DNA of 64,000 nucleotides from Octopus sinensis. Taxonomy: Eukaryota. The stretch is from assembly GCF_006345805.1 (NCBI RefSeq), contig NC_043004.1, forward strand, positions 50,592,001 to 50,656,000, written 5' to 3'. A program made the translations under genes and the position numbers. Of this stretch, positions 1 to 9,910 are shown piece by piece (position 1 is the stretch's first letter; each line of letters begins with the position of its first letter). The notes under the pieces were generated by a model. That model was given only the letters and a program-made list of their open reading frames with translations. It had not been told where the DNA came from and did not search any database.

Positions 1-133
1 CTGTGTCCCTTTCTGTAGAAGAGCGTAGGCTCGAAACGTAAAAGACTTTTTCTATTCCTGAGCGTTATACTAATACATCTGTTTGTTTTGTACACCACCT
101 GTCTTCGTCTTTTGTATTCTTTTCGTAAACTCT

Positions 134-137
<4 letters not shown>
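1..137 (+). mobile_element. Penelope-like terminal (pLTR-like) remnant, family c, ending in (TA)n
   Basis: Near-identical second copy at about 20720-20857 and a related one at 48935-49110 (minus). Carries a hammerhead-like fold and runs into a (TA)n tract. PLE assignment is inferred from the ribozyme-like motif. Confidence 0.5.
9..44 (+). ncRNA. Variant minimal hammerhead-like fold
   Basis: cttt-CTGTAGAA-GAGC(gtag)GCTC-GAA-ACGT-A-aaag. Stem I is cttt/aaag, stem II has 4 bp and stem III is the palindrome ACGT. The core differs from CTGANGA (A6 replaced, extra A). Confidence 0.35.
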
Positions 138-184
<47 letters not shown>

Positions 185-789
185 TTGAATAAAGTTAAAA
201 CATGTTCTGGTTTTCACACTGTTTATTTTACATGTATATGCATATATGAATGTGTGCATATGTATCTATGTGTGTGAATCTGTTTGTGTTTTATTTGTCT
301 CCTCTCCTACCACCGCTTGACAACCGGTGATAGTTTGTTTACATCCCTGTTCGATGGAACTCTTGAAAAAGTGGTGTCGCAGCGTAACTGAAACAAGCAA
401 AAGACCACACACACACACACACCTACACACACGCTCATACATCTATTTTTTTAATTTTAACACACGAATGAATGAGTGTAACGTTTTCAAAGATTATAAA
501 TTTTGGATGTAAAGATTGTAATATTCTTAATGATGATGTAATTAAAACAGAGTAAACCTAAGAAAATAAACAAAAAAAGTATGACGGATTTACTCACCTT
601 TGAGTGTGAGAAGGGGAGCAAGCAGCCACAACAATCAGAAGAGCACGAAAGAAAATAAAGTCTTCAGCAAACACGTTTCGACCAACCAATGATGTCTTCT
701 GTCTCCTCAAGCCTTTATATGTATATACATCACGCGCGCGCGCACACACACACACGCACGCGCACACGCATGCATGTTTGTCCTGTTCT

Positions 790-1186
790 TGCGTGCCCTA
801 ATCTCTCATTTCTTTGTTTCTCTCTCTCTTTCCCTATAAGCATCTCTTCCTCTGCATCTCTCCTTCTTTCCCTCTGTCCCTCACTTCCTATCTGATTCTC
901 TCTCTAAATCTGCCCCTCTCTCTATCTGTCTCTCTCTTTCCCTCTCTTCCTACCTGCCTCTCTCTATCTATTTGCTTCTCTCTCTCTCTACCTAACTCCC
1001 TCCATCCCCCCTCTCTCTCTCTCTCACACACACACACATTCTTTCTCTCAGATACACTTAGACCTCCATCGTTGCTTCTTATCTTTTTGCGTATGCACAG
1101 AAGAAAAACACAAACACACGGATAATCTCTCTATCTCTCTATCTCTCTATCTCTCTCTCTCTCTATATATCTCTCTCTATCTATCT

Positions 1187-1218
<32 letters not shown>

Positions 1219-1248
1219 ACTATCTCTCTCTCTCTCTCTCTCTATCTA

Positions 1249-1285
<37 letters not shown>

Positions 1286-1335
1286 ATACATACATATATA
1301 CATACATATATACATACACACACACACATATATAT
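790..1335. repeat. (TC)n/(TATC)n/(CA)n low-complexity tract
   Basis: Directly visible simple repeats; source of the 814..1125 ORF artefact. Confidence 0.9.
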
Positions 1336-1340
1336 ATATT

Positions 1341-1711
1341 TTAACTGTGTGAATTGGTGCATTATCATCCTGAAAAATTGCGTTTCCCTCCGGAAACAGT
1401 TCCGCAACCTTATGATTAATTCGATCAGATAAAATGCTTAAATAGTCTTCACTATTCATTCTGCCACGAAGAGAAGCCATTTGGCCGGCGGATTTCCAAG
1501 ATATAGGCCCCCAGATCATCACAGATCCTCCTCCATGTTCAACAGTTGGAAGAAGGTAGTCTGGGTCAAATGCTTCTTTTGGCTGTCTCCACACATATAC
1601 TCAGCTGGTGGTTGGAAATAAGGTAAAGAATGACTCGTCCGAGAAAATAACATTCTTCTACCGCACTAGGGACCAATTCTGTAGGTGTTTCCATTATTTG
1701 TCCAACCCTTG
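1341..1711 (-). mobile_element. Tc1-family transposon fragment (internally deleted)
   Basis: Minus strand reads KNVIFSDES...[29 protein letters not shown]...IFQDDNAPIH, the first two catalytic Asp motifs. TIR CAAGGGTTGGACAAATAATGG starts at 1711 next to TA. Confidence 0.88.
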
Positions 1712-1719
1712 TATATATT

Positions 1720-1803
<84 letters not shown>

Positions 1804-1840
1804 GTATGTATGTATGTATATTGTCCAACCCCTGTATATA

Positions 1841-1872
<32 letters not shown>

Positions 1873-1878
1873 CATACA

Positions 1879-1909
<31 letters not shown>

Positions 1910-1932
1910 CATACATACACACACACACATGC

Positions 1933-2132
1933 GAGGCTATAATGGAAGACACTTGCCCAAGGTGCCACGCAGTGGGACTGAACCCGGAACCGTGCGGTTG
2001 GGAAGCAAACTTCTTACCACACAGCCACGCTTCCTGCTACTTGGCACCTTGGGCAAGTGTTTTGTACTATAGCTTCGGGCTGACCAAAGTCTTGAGTAGA
2101 TTTGGTAGACGGAAACTGAAAGAGACTTGTCG
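1933..2132. mobile_element. tRNA-derived SINE family A, 5' part inverted relative to the body
   Basis: Head on the minus strand (1933-2038) joined to a plus-strand body starting TGGCACCTTGGGCAAGTG (2042-2132). Homologous to more than 20 other copies in the window. Confidence 0.8.
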
Positions 2133-2161
2133 ACTATATATGGTGGTATATACACACACAC

Positions 2162-2224
<63 letters not shown>

Positions 2225-2305
2225 GGTCCCGGGTTGATTCGGGGTTAACCACAGTAAATAAGGTACTCAATACATAGCAGAGTAAAATTAATTTATTATA
2301 TAGAA

Positions 2306-2360
2306 GGAGCTTCTACAGGACTAGAACTGTTTCATTCAAGAGAAATCTTCAGGAAGCTCC
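2306..2360 (-). ncRNA. Type I hammerhead ribozyme
   Basis: Minus strand: ggagcttc-CTGAAGA-T TTC(tctt)GAA T-GAA-ACAG(ttctagtc)CTGT-A-gaagctcc. Perfect 8-bp stem I, intact core, 4-bp stem III and a GUA cleavage triplet; the first stem II pair is U.U. Confidence 0.75.
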
Positions 2361-2407
2361 TGAAGATTTCTCTTGAATGAAACAGTTCTAGTCCTGTAGA
2401 AGCTCCT
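2352..2407 (+). ncRNA. Hammerhead ribozyme, mirror copy with bulged stem I
   Basis: Same core and stems II/III as the minus copy; the stem I 5' strand is altered by the 3-nt hairpin loop. Confidence 0.5.
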
Positions 2408-2427
2408 TCTATATAATAAATATATAT

Positions 2428-2505
<78 letters not shown>

Positions 2506-2562
2506 CATATATATACATATTCGTTTGCAGAAATACACACACACATATATATATATATATAT

Positions 2563-2838
2563 ATCACGTGATCACGTGACCGACCAGACCATTAGATGTT
2601 GCTGCACATCGCTGGTCACAATGCGTTTGCATTGTTTTAGCCTTCGAATGACGCCACCCCGCTGGCTAAGCGAGCAGGCCAACAGAAGAAAGAGAGAGAG
2701 AAAGAGTGGTGAAAAAGTACAGCAGGGATCGCCACCCCCTGCCGGAGCCTCGTGGAGCTTTAGGTGTTTTCGCACAATAAACATACACAATGCCCGGTCT
2801 GGGAATCGAAACCGCGATCCTCCGACCGCGAGTCCGCC
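2563..2838 (-). mobile_element. SINE family C head/body with an alternative 3' tail
   Basis: 2700-2838 matches the head and body of the copies at 3173-3549 and 54826-55200; 2563-2700 is a different tail. Confidence 0.7.
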
Positions 2839-3172
2839 TCCATATATATTTTCCCGCTCATAAGTGGCTTAGCCTTACGACGTATCTTCAGACCCTAAAC
2901 ACAGCTGGCCTAAGACCGCTTCGAAATATGGAGAGGAAATTGCCTCGCTATGAAGTTAAACACCAGGTTATTATCTCCCTCTGCCATTGGTCATCGAGTT
3001 TCGGCCGCGCCGCCGTCTTGCTGTCATCAAAGAACCACGAAGGTAAACGATTATCTCCCTTCGGTTTTAGCATAAAATTTCATTGCAACTATGGGAAATT
3101 GTTGCTCTGTTTTACGAATCTTCGTTTTATGAGCGGTCTCCGGGAACAAATCAACTCGTATATCGAGGTATT

Positions 3173-3549
3173 TTTTTCGGTTACGACGACGAGGGTTCCA
3201 GTTGATCCGATCAACAGAACAGCCTGCTCGTGAAATTAACGTGCAAGTAGCTGAGCCCTCTACAGACACGTGTACCCTTAACGTAGTTCTCGGAGAGATT
3301 CAGCGTGACACAGAGTGTGACAAGGCTGGCCCTTTGAAATACGGGTACAACAGAAACAGGAAGAGAGAGTGAGGGAAAGTTGTGGTGAAAGTGTTCAACA
3401 GGGTTCGCCACCCCCACCCCTGCCGGAGCCTCGTGGAGTTTTAGGTGTTTTCGCTCAATAAACACTCGTAGCGCCCTATCTGATAATCGAAACCGCGATC
3501 CTACGACCCCGCGTCCGCTGCCCTAACCACTGGGCCATTGCGCCCCAAC
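3173..3549 (-). mobile_element. tRNA-derived SINE family C, full length
   Basis: A-box-like TGGCCCAGTGG and B-box-like GGTTTCGATT on the minus strand; 13-bp target duplication ATATCGAGGTATT at 3160-3172 and 3550-3562; homologue at 54826-55200. Confidence 0.85.
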
Positions 3550-3679
3550 ATATCGAGGTATTAATGAATATATAAATGTGAAACAAGGTGGGAAAAGATA
3601 GTACTCGAATATCGGAGGTAGAGTAATATGCTTTATTACTGTTAAAGCTGCAAAAATATCACAAAAGTATCACAAAACA

Positions 3680-3717
3680 CTGCTACTCCGAGTTTCACGT
3701 TCTCGTTCATCGGATAG
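3680..3717 (-). ncRNA. Minimal hammerhead ribozyme (one stem I mismatch)
   Basis: ctat-CCGATGA-ACG(agaa)CGT-GAA-ACTC g GAGT-A-gcag. Confidence 0.55.
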
Positions 3718-3736
3718 TTTAGCTTCTCAACCTAAA

Positions 3737-3774
3737 CTGTCCGAAGAACGGGAACGTGAAACTCTGAGTAGCAG
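3737..3774 (+). ncRNA. Minimal hammerhead ribozyme
   Basis: ctgt-CCGAAGA-ACG(ggaa)CGT-GAA-ACTC t GAGT-A-gcag. Stem I has one G.U pair, stem II is capped by GNRA and stem III is near-palindromic. Confidence 0.68.
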
Positions 3775-3831
3775 TGTTTTGTGATACTTTTGTGACTTTT
3801 TGTTTGTTTATGCAGCTGAAATAATAATAAT

Positions 3832-3869
<38 letters not shown>

Positions 3870-3879
3870 TGTGTGTGTA

Positions 3880-4085
3880 TCTTATGTTTGTATCTGTCCT
3901 CCCACTGCTTGAAAACCAGTGTTTGTTTGAATACTTCCCCGTAACTTAGTGGTCCGGCAAAACTGACCGATAGAATAAGTGCCAAACTTTTGGAAAATGT
4001 ACTGAGTTCGATTTGTTCGCCTAAGCATTTCGAAGCGGTGCTCCAACATAGCCACAGTTCAATGAGTGAAACAAGTAAAAGATAA
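3880..4085 (+). mobile_element. SINE family A, 3' half, diverged
   Basis: Matches the ...GGTGCTCCAGCATGGCCGCAGTC...TGAAACAAGTAAAAGA tail of the full copies. Confidence 0.75.
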
Positions 4086-4568
4086 ATGCTATTTCCGAAG
4101 CAAAACGGTTTTGCAAACATTTCTTACAAGATCAGTTGATTTTCTTTCTTTTTATTCTTATTTGAAAGCTGTTTTAAAAGCTATTCCTCACGAAACGCAC
4201 CGTTTGAAGAATTAATCCGACTGAAACGTTGCTTTCACAAAAAGCATTTTTTATGATGTATTTTAAAGTGTTTGTAGACAAGCTTTACTATACACACACG
4301 CACACATGTATTTATGTGTGTGTGTGTGTGTGTGTATGCATTATGTATATATTTATATATGCCTGTGTATGTGTGTATATATATATATCCAGTTGTTTAG
4401 ACTTCGAAGGAAGAATATGTCAGGCCTGGTCGGGGAAGCAAACGTGTCGAACTACCTTTAAAATGTATTTGAATTGTAAAATACATTTTGATGTTTATGA
4501 GACAAAATAAAACAAGAAATCAACATAGAATCATGACTTCTACACGAGTGTGATATTTTTCTATCTTC

Positions 4569-4644
<76 letters not shown>

Positions 4645-4754
4645 CCATCGTTGCTTGATACCTTTAACTCTTTACCACAGCATGGACCTATCGTCTGGTG
4701 TGCTTAGATGAACTTAAGTACTCAGCTAGATACCCGGTGGCGGCAATATAAATA

Positions 4755-5319
4755 TTGAGTTGTCCGGAAAGTTCGTGCCGATTTTTAAAGGAAAGAAAAA
4801 GGTCAATAAATACTTGCCATTACATTTTTAATCAACCAAATATGAACCATTTGTTGCACAAAACGTCTCCATCTTTCCTTTAACTTGAAAATACCCTCTT
4901 CCCAGAATTGAGGTGGTTTCATGGCAAACAATTCATCAAGGTATCTTTTTACGTCATCCAAGGAATTGAAATTTTTACCATTAAGACTATTCTGCAGAGA
5001 CATGAATAAGTGGAAATCCGAAGGAGTAACATCTGGTGAATATGGAGGGTGGGGTAACACATCCCAGACGAGCTGCAGCAATTTTTGTCTGGTTCCCAAA
5101 GCATCAAGTGCCGAAAATGGACTTTCTTATCTTCCGTTTTAAAGGGTTACAGAATTAACACAGGTTATAGGAATATAAACCTTCTTCCACGAAAAGATAG
5201 CTTAAACTGTGCTCTAAATGGAGGTGTAGTCAAATCCTATTTTATGGACTCAACCATGTTCTAAAATAAGTCGAAAGGTAAGCTACTATAAATCGGCACG
5301 AACTTTCCGGACAACCCAA
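4755..5319 (-). mobile_element. Non-autonomous mariner deletion derivative (565 bp)
   Basis: TIRs TTGAGTTGTCCGGAAAGTTCGTGCCGATTT and its reverse complement; retains only the transposase C-terminus (WDVLPHPPYSPDVTPSDFHLF); near-identical copy at 18546-19111. Confidence 0.92.
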
Positions 5320-5499
5320 TCGATTTCGCACACGTCAGATCCAAAACTTGAACGTCGAATAGCAGCGTGAAGAAGGTCCAGCACACAGACGACAATCCAA
5401 TCCCTACCACCTCTGTTGCCGACCTCCAGCGCTATTCGACTCTTGTGTCAGAAACCTACTATTGCTTTTGAATGAAAGTGAATGCAGACAAAACGAAGA

Positions 5500-5900
5500 T
5501 ATTTGAGCAGGATCCTGAATTGAAAAGATCTGAAAAAGCTTGAGCACCAGTACATACTCAACATCAAATGGCAGGACTGACGCACCACAAGGTCTTCAAT
5601 TGCTCAGAAATACCCAACGTCGAAGCTGCCATCCTCGAGCATCGTCTCGGGTGGTCAGAACATGTCATCCGAGTGGCCCTTTCAAGACCAGCGAGTTCGT
5701 TAACGGCAAACGACATCAAGGAACCCCAAAACACAGATTCAAAGACAAACTGAAGTTTGAAACCGGAATCAGCCCTAACACCTGAGAAATAGAAGCCGCC
5801 GAACGTCCATCCTAGCGAAGACAATTCATTTCGGTTATTTCACTTTCGAGGAGTGGAGAAAGACCGAGGAATAAATAAAAGCCTAGCAACGACCGTCAAG
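5500..5900 (+). mobile_element. RTE-clade (BovB-like) LINE 3' fragment, frameshifted
   Basis: Across frames: ILNIKWQD, IPNVEAAILEHRLGWSEHVIR, SEFVNGKRHQGTPKHRFKDKLK...GISPNT*EIEAAER. This matches the typical post-RT RTE segment (L.I.WQD...RLRW.GHV.R...GKR..G.PK.RFKD). Confidence 0.8.
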
Positions 5901-6038
5901 ACCACCACCACATACGGCTTTGGATTCCATGACCGAGACTGTTCCATTTCCGACTTTAACTTCTAAACTATGTCAGGTTTAAGTATCATTGTGGCACCGG
6001 ATGAACCAAACGAGTGGTGCCGCCGCCGCCGCCGCTAC

Positions 6039-6188
6039 CGAGGTCGACTTTGCCTTTCATCCTCTCGAGGTCGATTAAATAAGTACCAGTTACGCACTGG
6101 GGTCGATATAATCGACTTCATCTGTTTGTCTGTCCTTGTTTGTCCCTTCTGTGTTTAGCCCCTTGTGGGCAGTAAAGAAATAAGAAAT
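6039..6188 (+). mobile_element. SINE family B, headless fragment
   Basis: CCGAGGTCGACTTTGCCTTTCATCC core and ...GTGGGCAGTAAAGAAATA tail shared with the other B copies. Confidence 0.8.
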
Positions 6189-6845
6189 GAGCTGATGTGA
6201 AATTATTCTTGAAACGTCTGGCCTCTGTCATTTATTACAGTGGGACTGCCTACCTCGCCTAGTCTTTCATTTGTCCAGATTGAAGCCTCTGCCCTAGTGC
6301 TTCTGGCGGGTGGGGGGAAACAAAACAAAGCATTTTCTTGTTCAGATGGTCCATCTGTTGCCAACATCTCCTATGGGCAGTGATTCCTGGTTTGTGAACT
6401 GATGACGTTACCATTTGTCAGGCATATAGTCTTTTCAACGGAACTGCAGTCATGAGCCAAGCAAAGATCGAGGGCCAAACAAAGATCAAGATTGGCGCTT
6501 TGCAGCTAAAATGTCGTCAGGTCATTGCAGTCCTTTATCAGTTGGATAGAGTTGTTGCATATGGTAGATCAATCCTTCTCTCTATACTGCATGAACGGAA
6601 GGCGAATGTTATGACATTCTCGGAAACAGTCTAGGTGTCGACGAAAATCAACCAAGCTGTTTATTCCGAAGGGATTGTAAGGCAGACAGGAATGAAACGA
6701 TTTAGTTACAGGAACATTTTCCTCTTCTACTAAGTCTTCAACAAGTAACACTTCAAGTGCCACTTCGTCAAGTACAACTCCGTCGAGTATCACTTGGAAG
6801 ATAATGGTGGGGAGAGAGCTGTTACATCCCAGTAAAGTGGCTGAA

Positions 6846-6940
<95 letters not shown>

Positions 6941-7199
6941 CATATGCCACGAGTGATAGGGCTAATTTTCAGCATTAGTTTCAGTAGATGGCATTTGCCC
7001 TCGGTAGAAAGGTTAATTAGGGATATGTGGAATTTTCTGATTAGTTCTGTGTGAGCGTCCCCTTATTGAAACCTTTCGTTTAACTTCCTTTTAAACTACT
7101 GTTACCATCCATTCCTGTTTCCTTTCATTCATTATTCCACTATCTTTCGTAAATGCACACACTGATTTGAAAATTGTTCTTGCTTCTCTACATTCGTCT

Positions 7200-7586
7200 C
7201 GCCTCGTGGCTGTGTGGCAAGAAGCTTGCTTCCCAACCACATGGTTCTGGTTTCAATCCCACTGCATAGTATCTTGGGGGAAGTGTCTTCAGCTATAGCC
7301 TCGGGTCGACTAAAGCCTTGTGAGTGGATCTGGTAGATGGAAACTGTCATATATGTGTGTGTGTGGTGTGTACCTTTGAGGCCATGTTTTTCCCCTACCA
7401 CCGATTGACAACCGGTATTGGTATGTTTACGTCCCCGTAAGTTAGCGGTTTGGCAAAAGAGCCAATAAGATAAGTATCAGGTTTTAAAAGAATGTAAGCA
7501 CTGGGGTCAGTTTATTCAACTGAAAATTCTTCAAGGCGGTACCCAAGAATGGCAGCAGTCTAATAACTGAAACAAATAAAAGATAC
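7200..7586 (+). mobile_element. SINE family A, near full length
   Basis: A-box TGGCTGTGTGG, B-box-like GGTTTCAATCCC, central CA/TA microsatellite and family tail. Confidence 0.8.
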
Positions 7587-7845
7587 AATATATATATTTG
7601 CACCCACTACTACTGGAAGGGTCATGGAAGGAGAGTCGTCACGCACCACCTCCATAAAGTCCTATCAGAAGTAAAAATCATTATATTTTTCTGCTAAATT
7701 AACAAGCGTCACCGACTGAGACTATGGATATTAGCCAACCATTATGTTCCTGGTCTACGTTCCTGGTCTCCTGCCATTTTGGCTCAGTTTGAAGATTCTT
7801 TAGGGACCAGAGGATTCGGAACGGAATCCACGTTTTAATTGATTG

Positions 7846-7882
7846 TCAGATTGATTTCCCACACGCAAAGAATCCATGGAAT
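7846..7882 (-). CDS. Candidate terminal exon (chain Y)
   Basis: Acceptor tactttcag; reads (R)FHGFFACGKSI* in phase with 8886-8938. No homology recognised. Confidence 0.18.
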
Positions 7883-8138
7883 CTGAAAGTATTTAACGAG
7901 TAACATGTGTATACACAAACAAACGACGCGTCGACGTCGTTGATTTTATATTTGGAACGACATTATAATCAACGAAATAAATGACCGTCTGCATAATTGT
8001 TTTCCATTCATTTATTTCTACGATGCATCATCATCATTATTCAAACTTCATCGTTACTTTCAACTTTTCCCCCAAATTATGTCGTTGCAAGTCTGACATG
8101 AAGTTCTTAACTACGACATTCTAATCACATGATCATAG

Positions 8139-8370
8139 TACTATTTCTTTACTACCCACAAGGGGCTACACACAGAGGGGACAAACAAGGACAGACAAAC
8201 GGATTAAGTCGATTATATCGACCCCAGTACGTAATTGGTACTTAATTTATCGACCCCGAAAGGATGAAAAGCAAAGTCGACCTCGGCGGAATTTGAACTC
8301 AGAACGTAACAGCAGACGAAATACGGCTACGCATTTCGCCCGGCGTGCTAACGGTTCTGCCTGCTCGCCG
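8139..8370 (-). mobile_element. tRNA-derived SINE family B, full length
   Basis: Flanked by the 11-bp duplication CATGATCATAG (8128-8138, 8371-8381); B-box GAGTTCAAATTCC. Confidence 0.88.
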
Positions 8371-8443
8371 CATGATCATAGCACCGGCTCCTTGACCTCT
8401 CATTGCGGAGAAGAAGCGGCTCGACCAAGAGAGATGCCCTGAC

Positions 8444-8860
8444 GCGGCGACCTGGCAGAAACGTTAGCACGCCGGGCGATATGCTTAGCGGTGTTTCGTC
8501 TGCCGCTACGTTCTGAGTTCAAACTCCGCCGAGGTCGACTTTGCCTCTCATCCTTTCGGGGTCGATTAAATAAGTACCAGTTACGCACTGGGGTCGATGT
8601 AATCGACTTAATCCGTCTGTCTGTCCTTGTTTGTTCCTCCCTGTGTTTAGCACCTTGTGGGTAGTAAAGAAATAGGTATTTCGTCTGCTGCTACGATCTG
8701 AGTTCAAATACCGCCGAGGTCGACTTTGCCTTTCATCCTTTCGGTGTCGATAAATTAAGTACCAGTAACGCACTGGGGTCGATGTAATCGACTTAATCTC
8801 CTTGTCTGTCCTTGTTTGTCCTCTCTGTGTTTAGCACCTTGTGGGCAATAAAGAAATAAG
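8444..8860 (+). mobile_element. SINE family B dimer (full copy plus head-truncated copy)
   Basis: The second unit begins at 8676 with the junction AAAGAAATAG|GTATTTCGTC. Confidence 0.88.
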
Positions 8861-8885
8861 ACGTCCTGATTTCCGAGCTACGCAC

Positions 8886-8938
8886 CTTTTTAAGTCCATG
8901 TACTCCAGGAATCCTTCAGAGGAACTCCATTTCGGCCG
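8886..8938 (-). CDS. Candidate internal exon (chain Y)
   Basis: Weak acceptor tttataaaag, donor AAG|GTGCGT; the only open frame reads RPKWSSEGFLEYMDLK. Confidence 0.2.
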
Positions 8939-9109
8939 CTTTTATAAATGAATAAATAAGTAAATAAATTCCAGTCAGGTACAAGAGACATTTTATTCGA
9001 TTGACAGCTCCAATAAATTCCATGTCTTGGGCCTTTGTTTGAAGCCATAACAATTTTTATTTTGGTAGACTCGTTAAAATTACCTGGCAGTATTTGTTCC
9101 TCTTTTTTA

Positions 9110-9245
9110 TGTTCTGAGTTCACATTCTGCCGAAGTCAACTTTATCTTTCATCCCACCGAGGGTGATAAAATAAAGTACCAGTCAAGTACTGAGGTCGAT
9201 GGCACCAGTTAATACCCTCCCCTCACAAGAGACCTTGTACCTAAA
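9110..9245 (+). mobile_element. SINE family B variant with a different tail, diverged
   Basis: B core recognisable; tail resembles 52945-53165 rather than the AAAGAAATA type. Confidence 0.6.
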
Positions 9246-9249
9246 TTAT

Positions 9250-9282
9250 CGTTGTTGCTTTTGTTGTTGTTGTTGTTGTGTT

Positions 9283-9319
<37 letters not shown>

Positions 9320-9324
9320 CAGAT

Positions 9325-9379
<55 letters not shown>

Positions 9380-9387
9380 CAGATGTG

Positions 9388-9422
<35 letters not shown>

Positions 9423-9425
9423 GGC
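9250..9425. repeat. (GTT)n/(GTA)n/(GTG)n trinucleotide mosaic with a duplicated unit
   Basis: Directly visible; the GGCAGATGTGG block occurs twice. Confidence 0.9.
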
Positions 9426-9748
9426 CGTTTCTCAACTCGTCTATCTTCTTCCACAATTGTCCATTCCCAAAACATTACGACCTAACTGATTCGTTACACA
9501 AAAACAGTAACTGAAGCAGCAACAACAACAACAACACTATGCACCGCCATATTTTCCGTCCATATTTTCTACTTGATTCAACGCCAAAGCTAATCGACAA
9601 TCATTACGTAAACTTGTCAGACTTCATGGGTTTCGCTTCTCTCACATTTACTCAGCTGCGCAAGGGAGGCAACTCTCTTAGCATTGTATAAATTCTTTTG
9701 TGACACCAACTCCACATGGATTACTCGTACTTAAATTTATATATATAC

Positions 9749-9910
9749 AGGCGCAGTCGTGGCTGTGGCGAGAAGCTTGCCTCTCAACCATGTGCTTCTG
9801 GGTTCAGTCGCACTGCGTGGCATCTTAGGTAAATGTCTTCTTTTATAGTTTCGGGAGCTAACCGAAGCTTTGTGAGTATATTTGGGAATCGGAACTGAAG
9901 GAGGCCCGTC
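9749..9910 (+). mobile_element. SINE family A, 5' half
   Basis: GGCGCAG...TGGCTGTGG head, B-box GGTTCAGTC and body. Confidence 0.75.

Larger units (their letters stand above)
2225..2421. mobile_element. Hairpin-structured Penelope-like mini element between two (TA)n tracts
   Basis: Perfect 64-bp inverted arms (2291-2354 and 2358-2421) with a 3-nt loop; each arm contains a hammerhead core. Confidence 0.55.
3563..3830. mobile_element. Penelope-like terminal remnant, family b, with inverted arms
   Basis: Homologous to 11428-11665; inverted arms 3652-3722 and 3732-3801, each with a hammerhead core. Confidence 0.6.

Noticed and set aside
660-720. GAAACGTG and CTGAAGA motifs on the minus strand
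   Set aside because: The order and stems do not assemble into any hammerhead topology.
2790-3233. 147-aa plus-strand ORF
   Set aside because: It starts and ends inside SINE C sequence, and the middle has no recognisable motif.
8444-8530. tRNA gene calls for SINE heads (A-D)
   Set aside because: A/B-box-like motifs are present, but no cloverleaf can be built and each continues into a SINE body.
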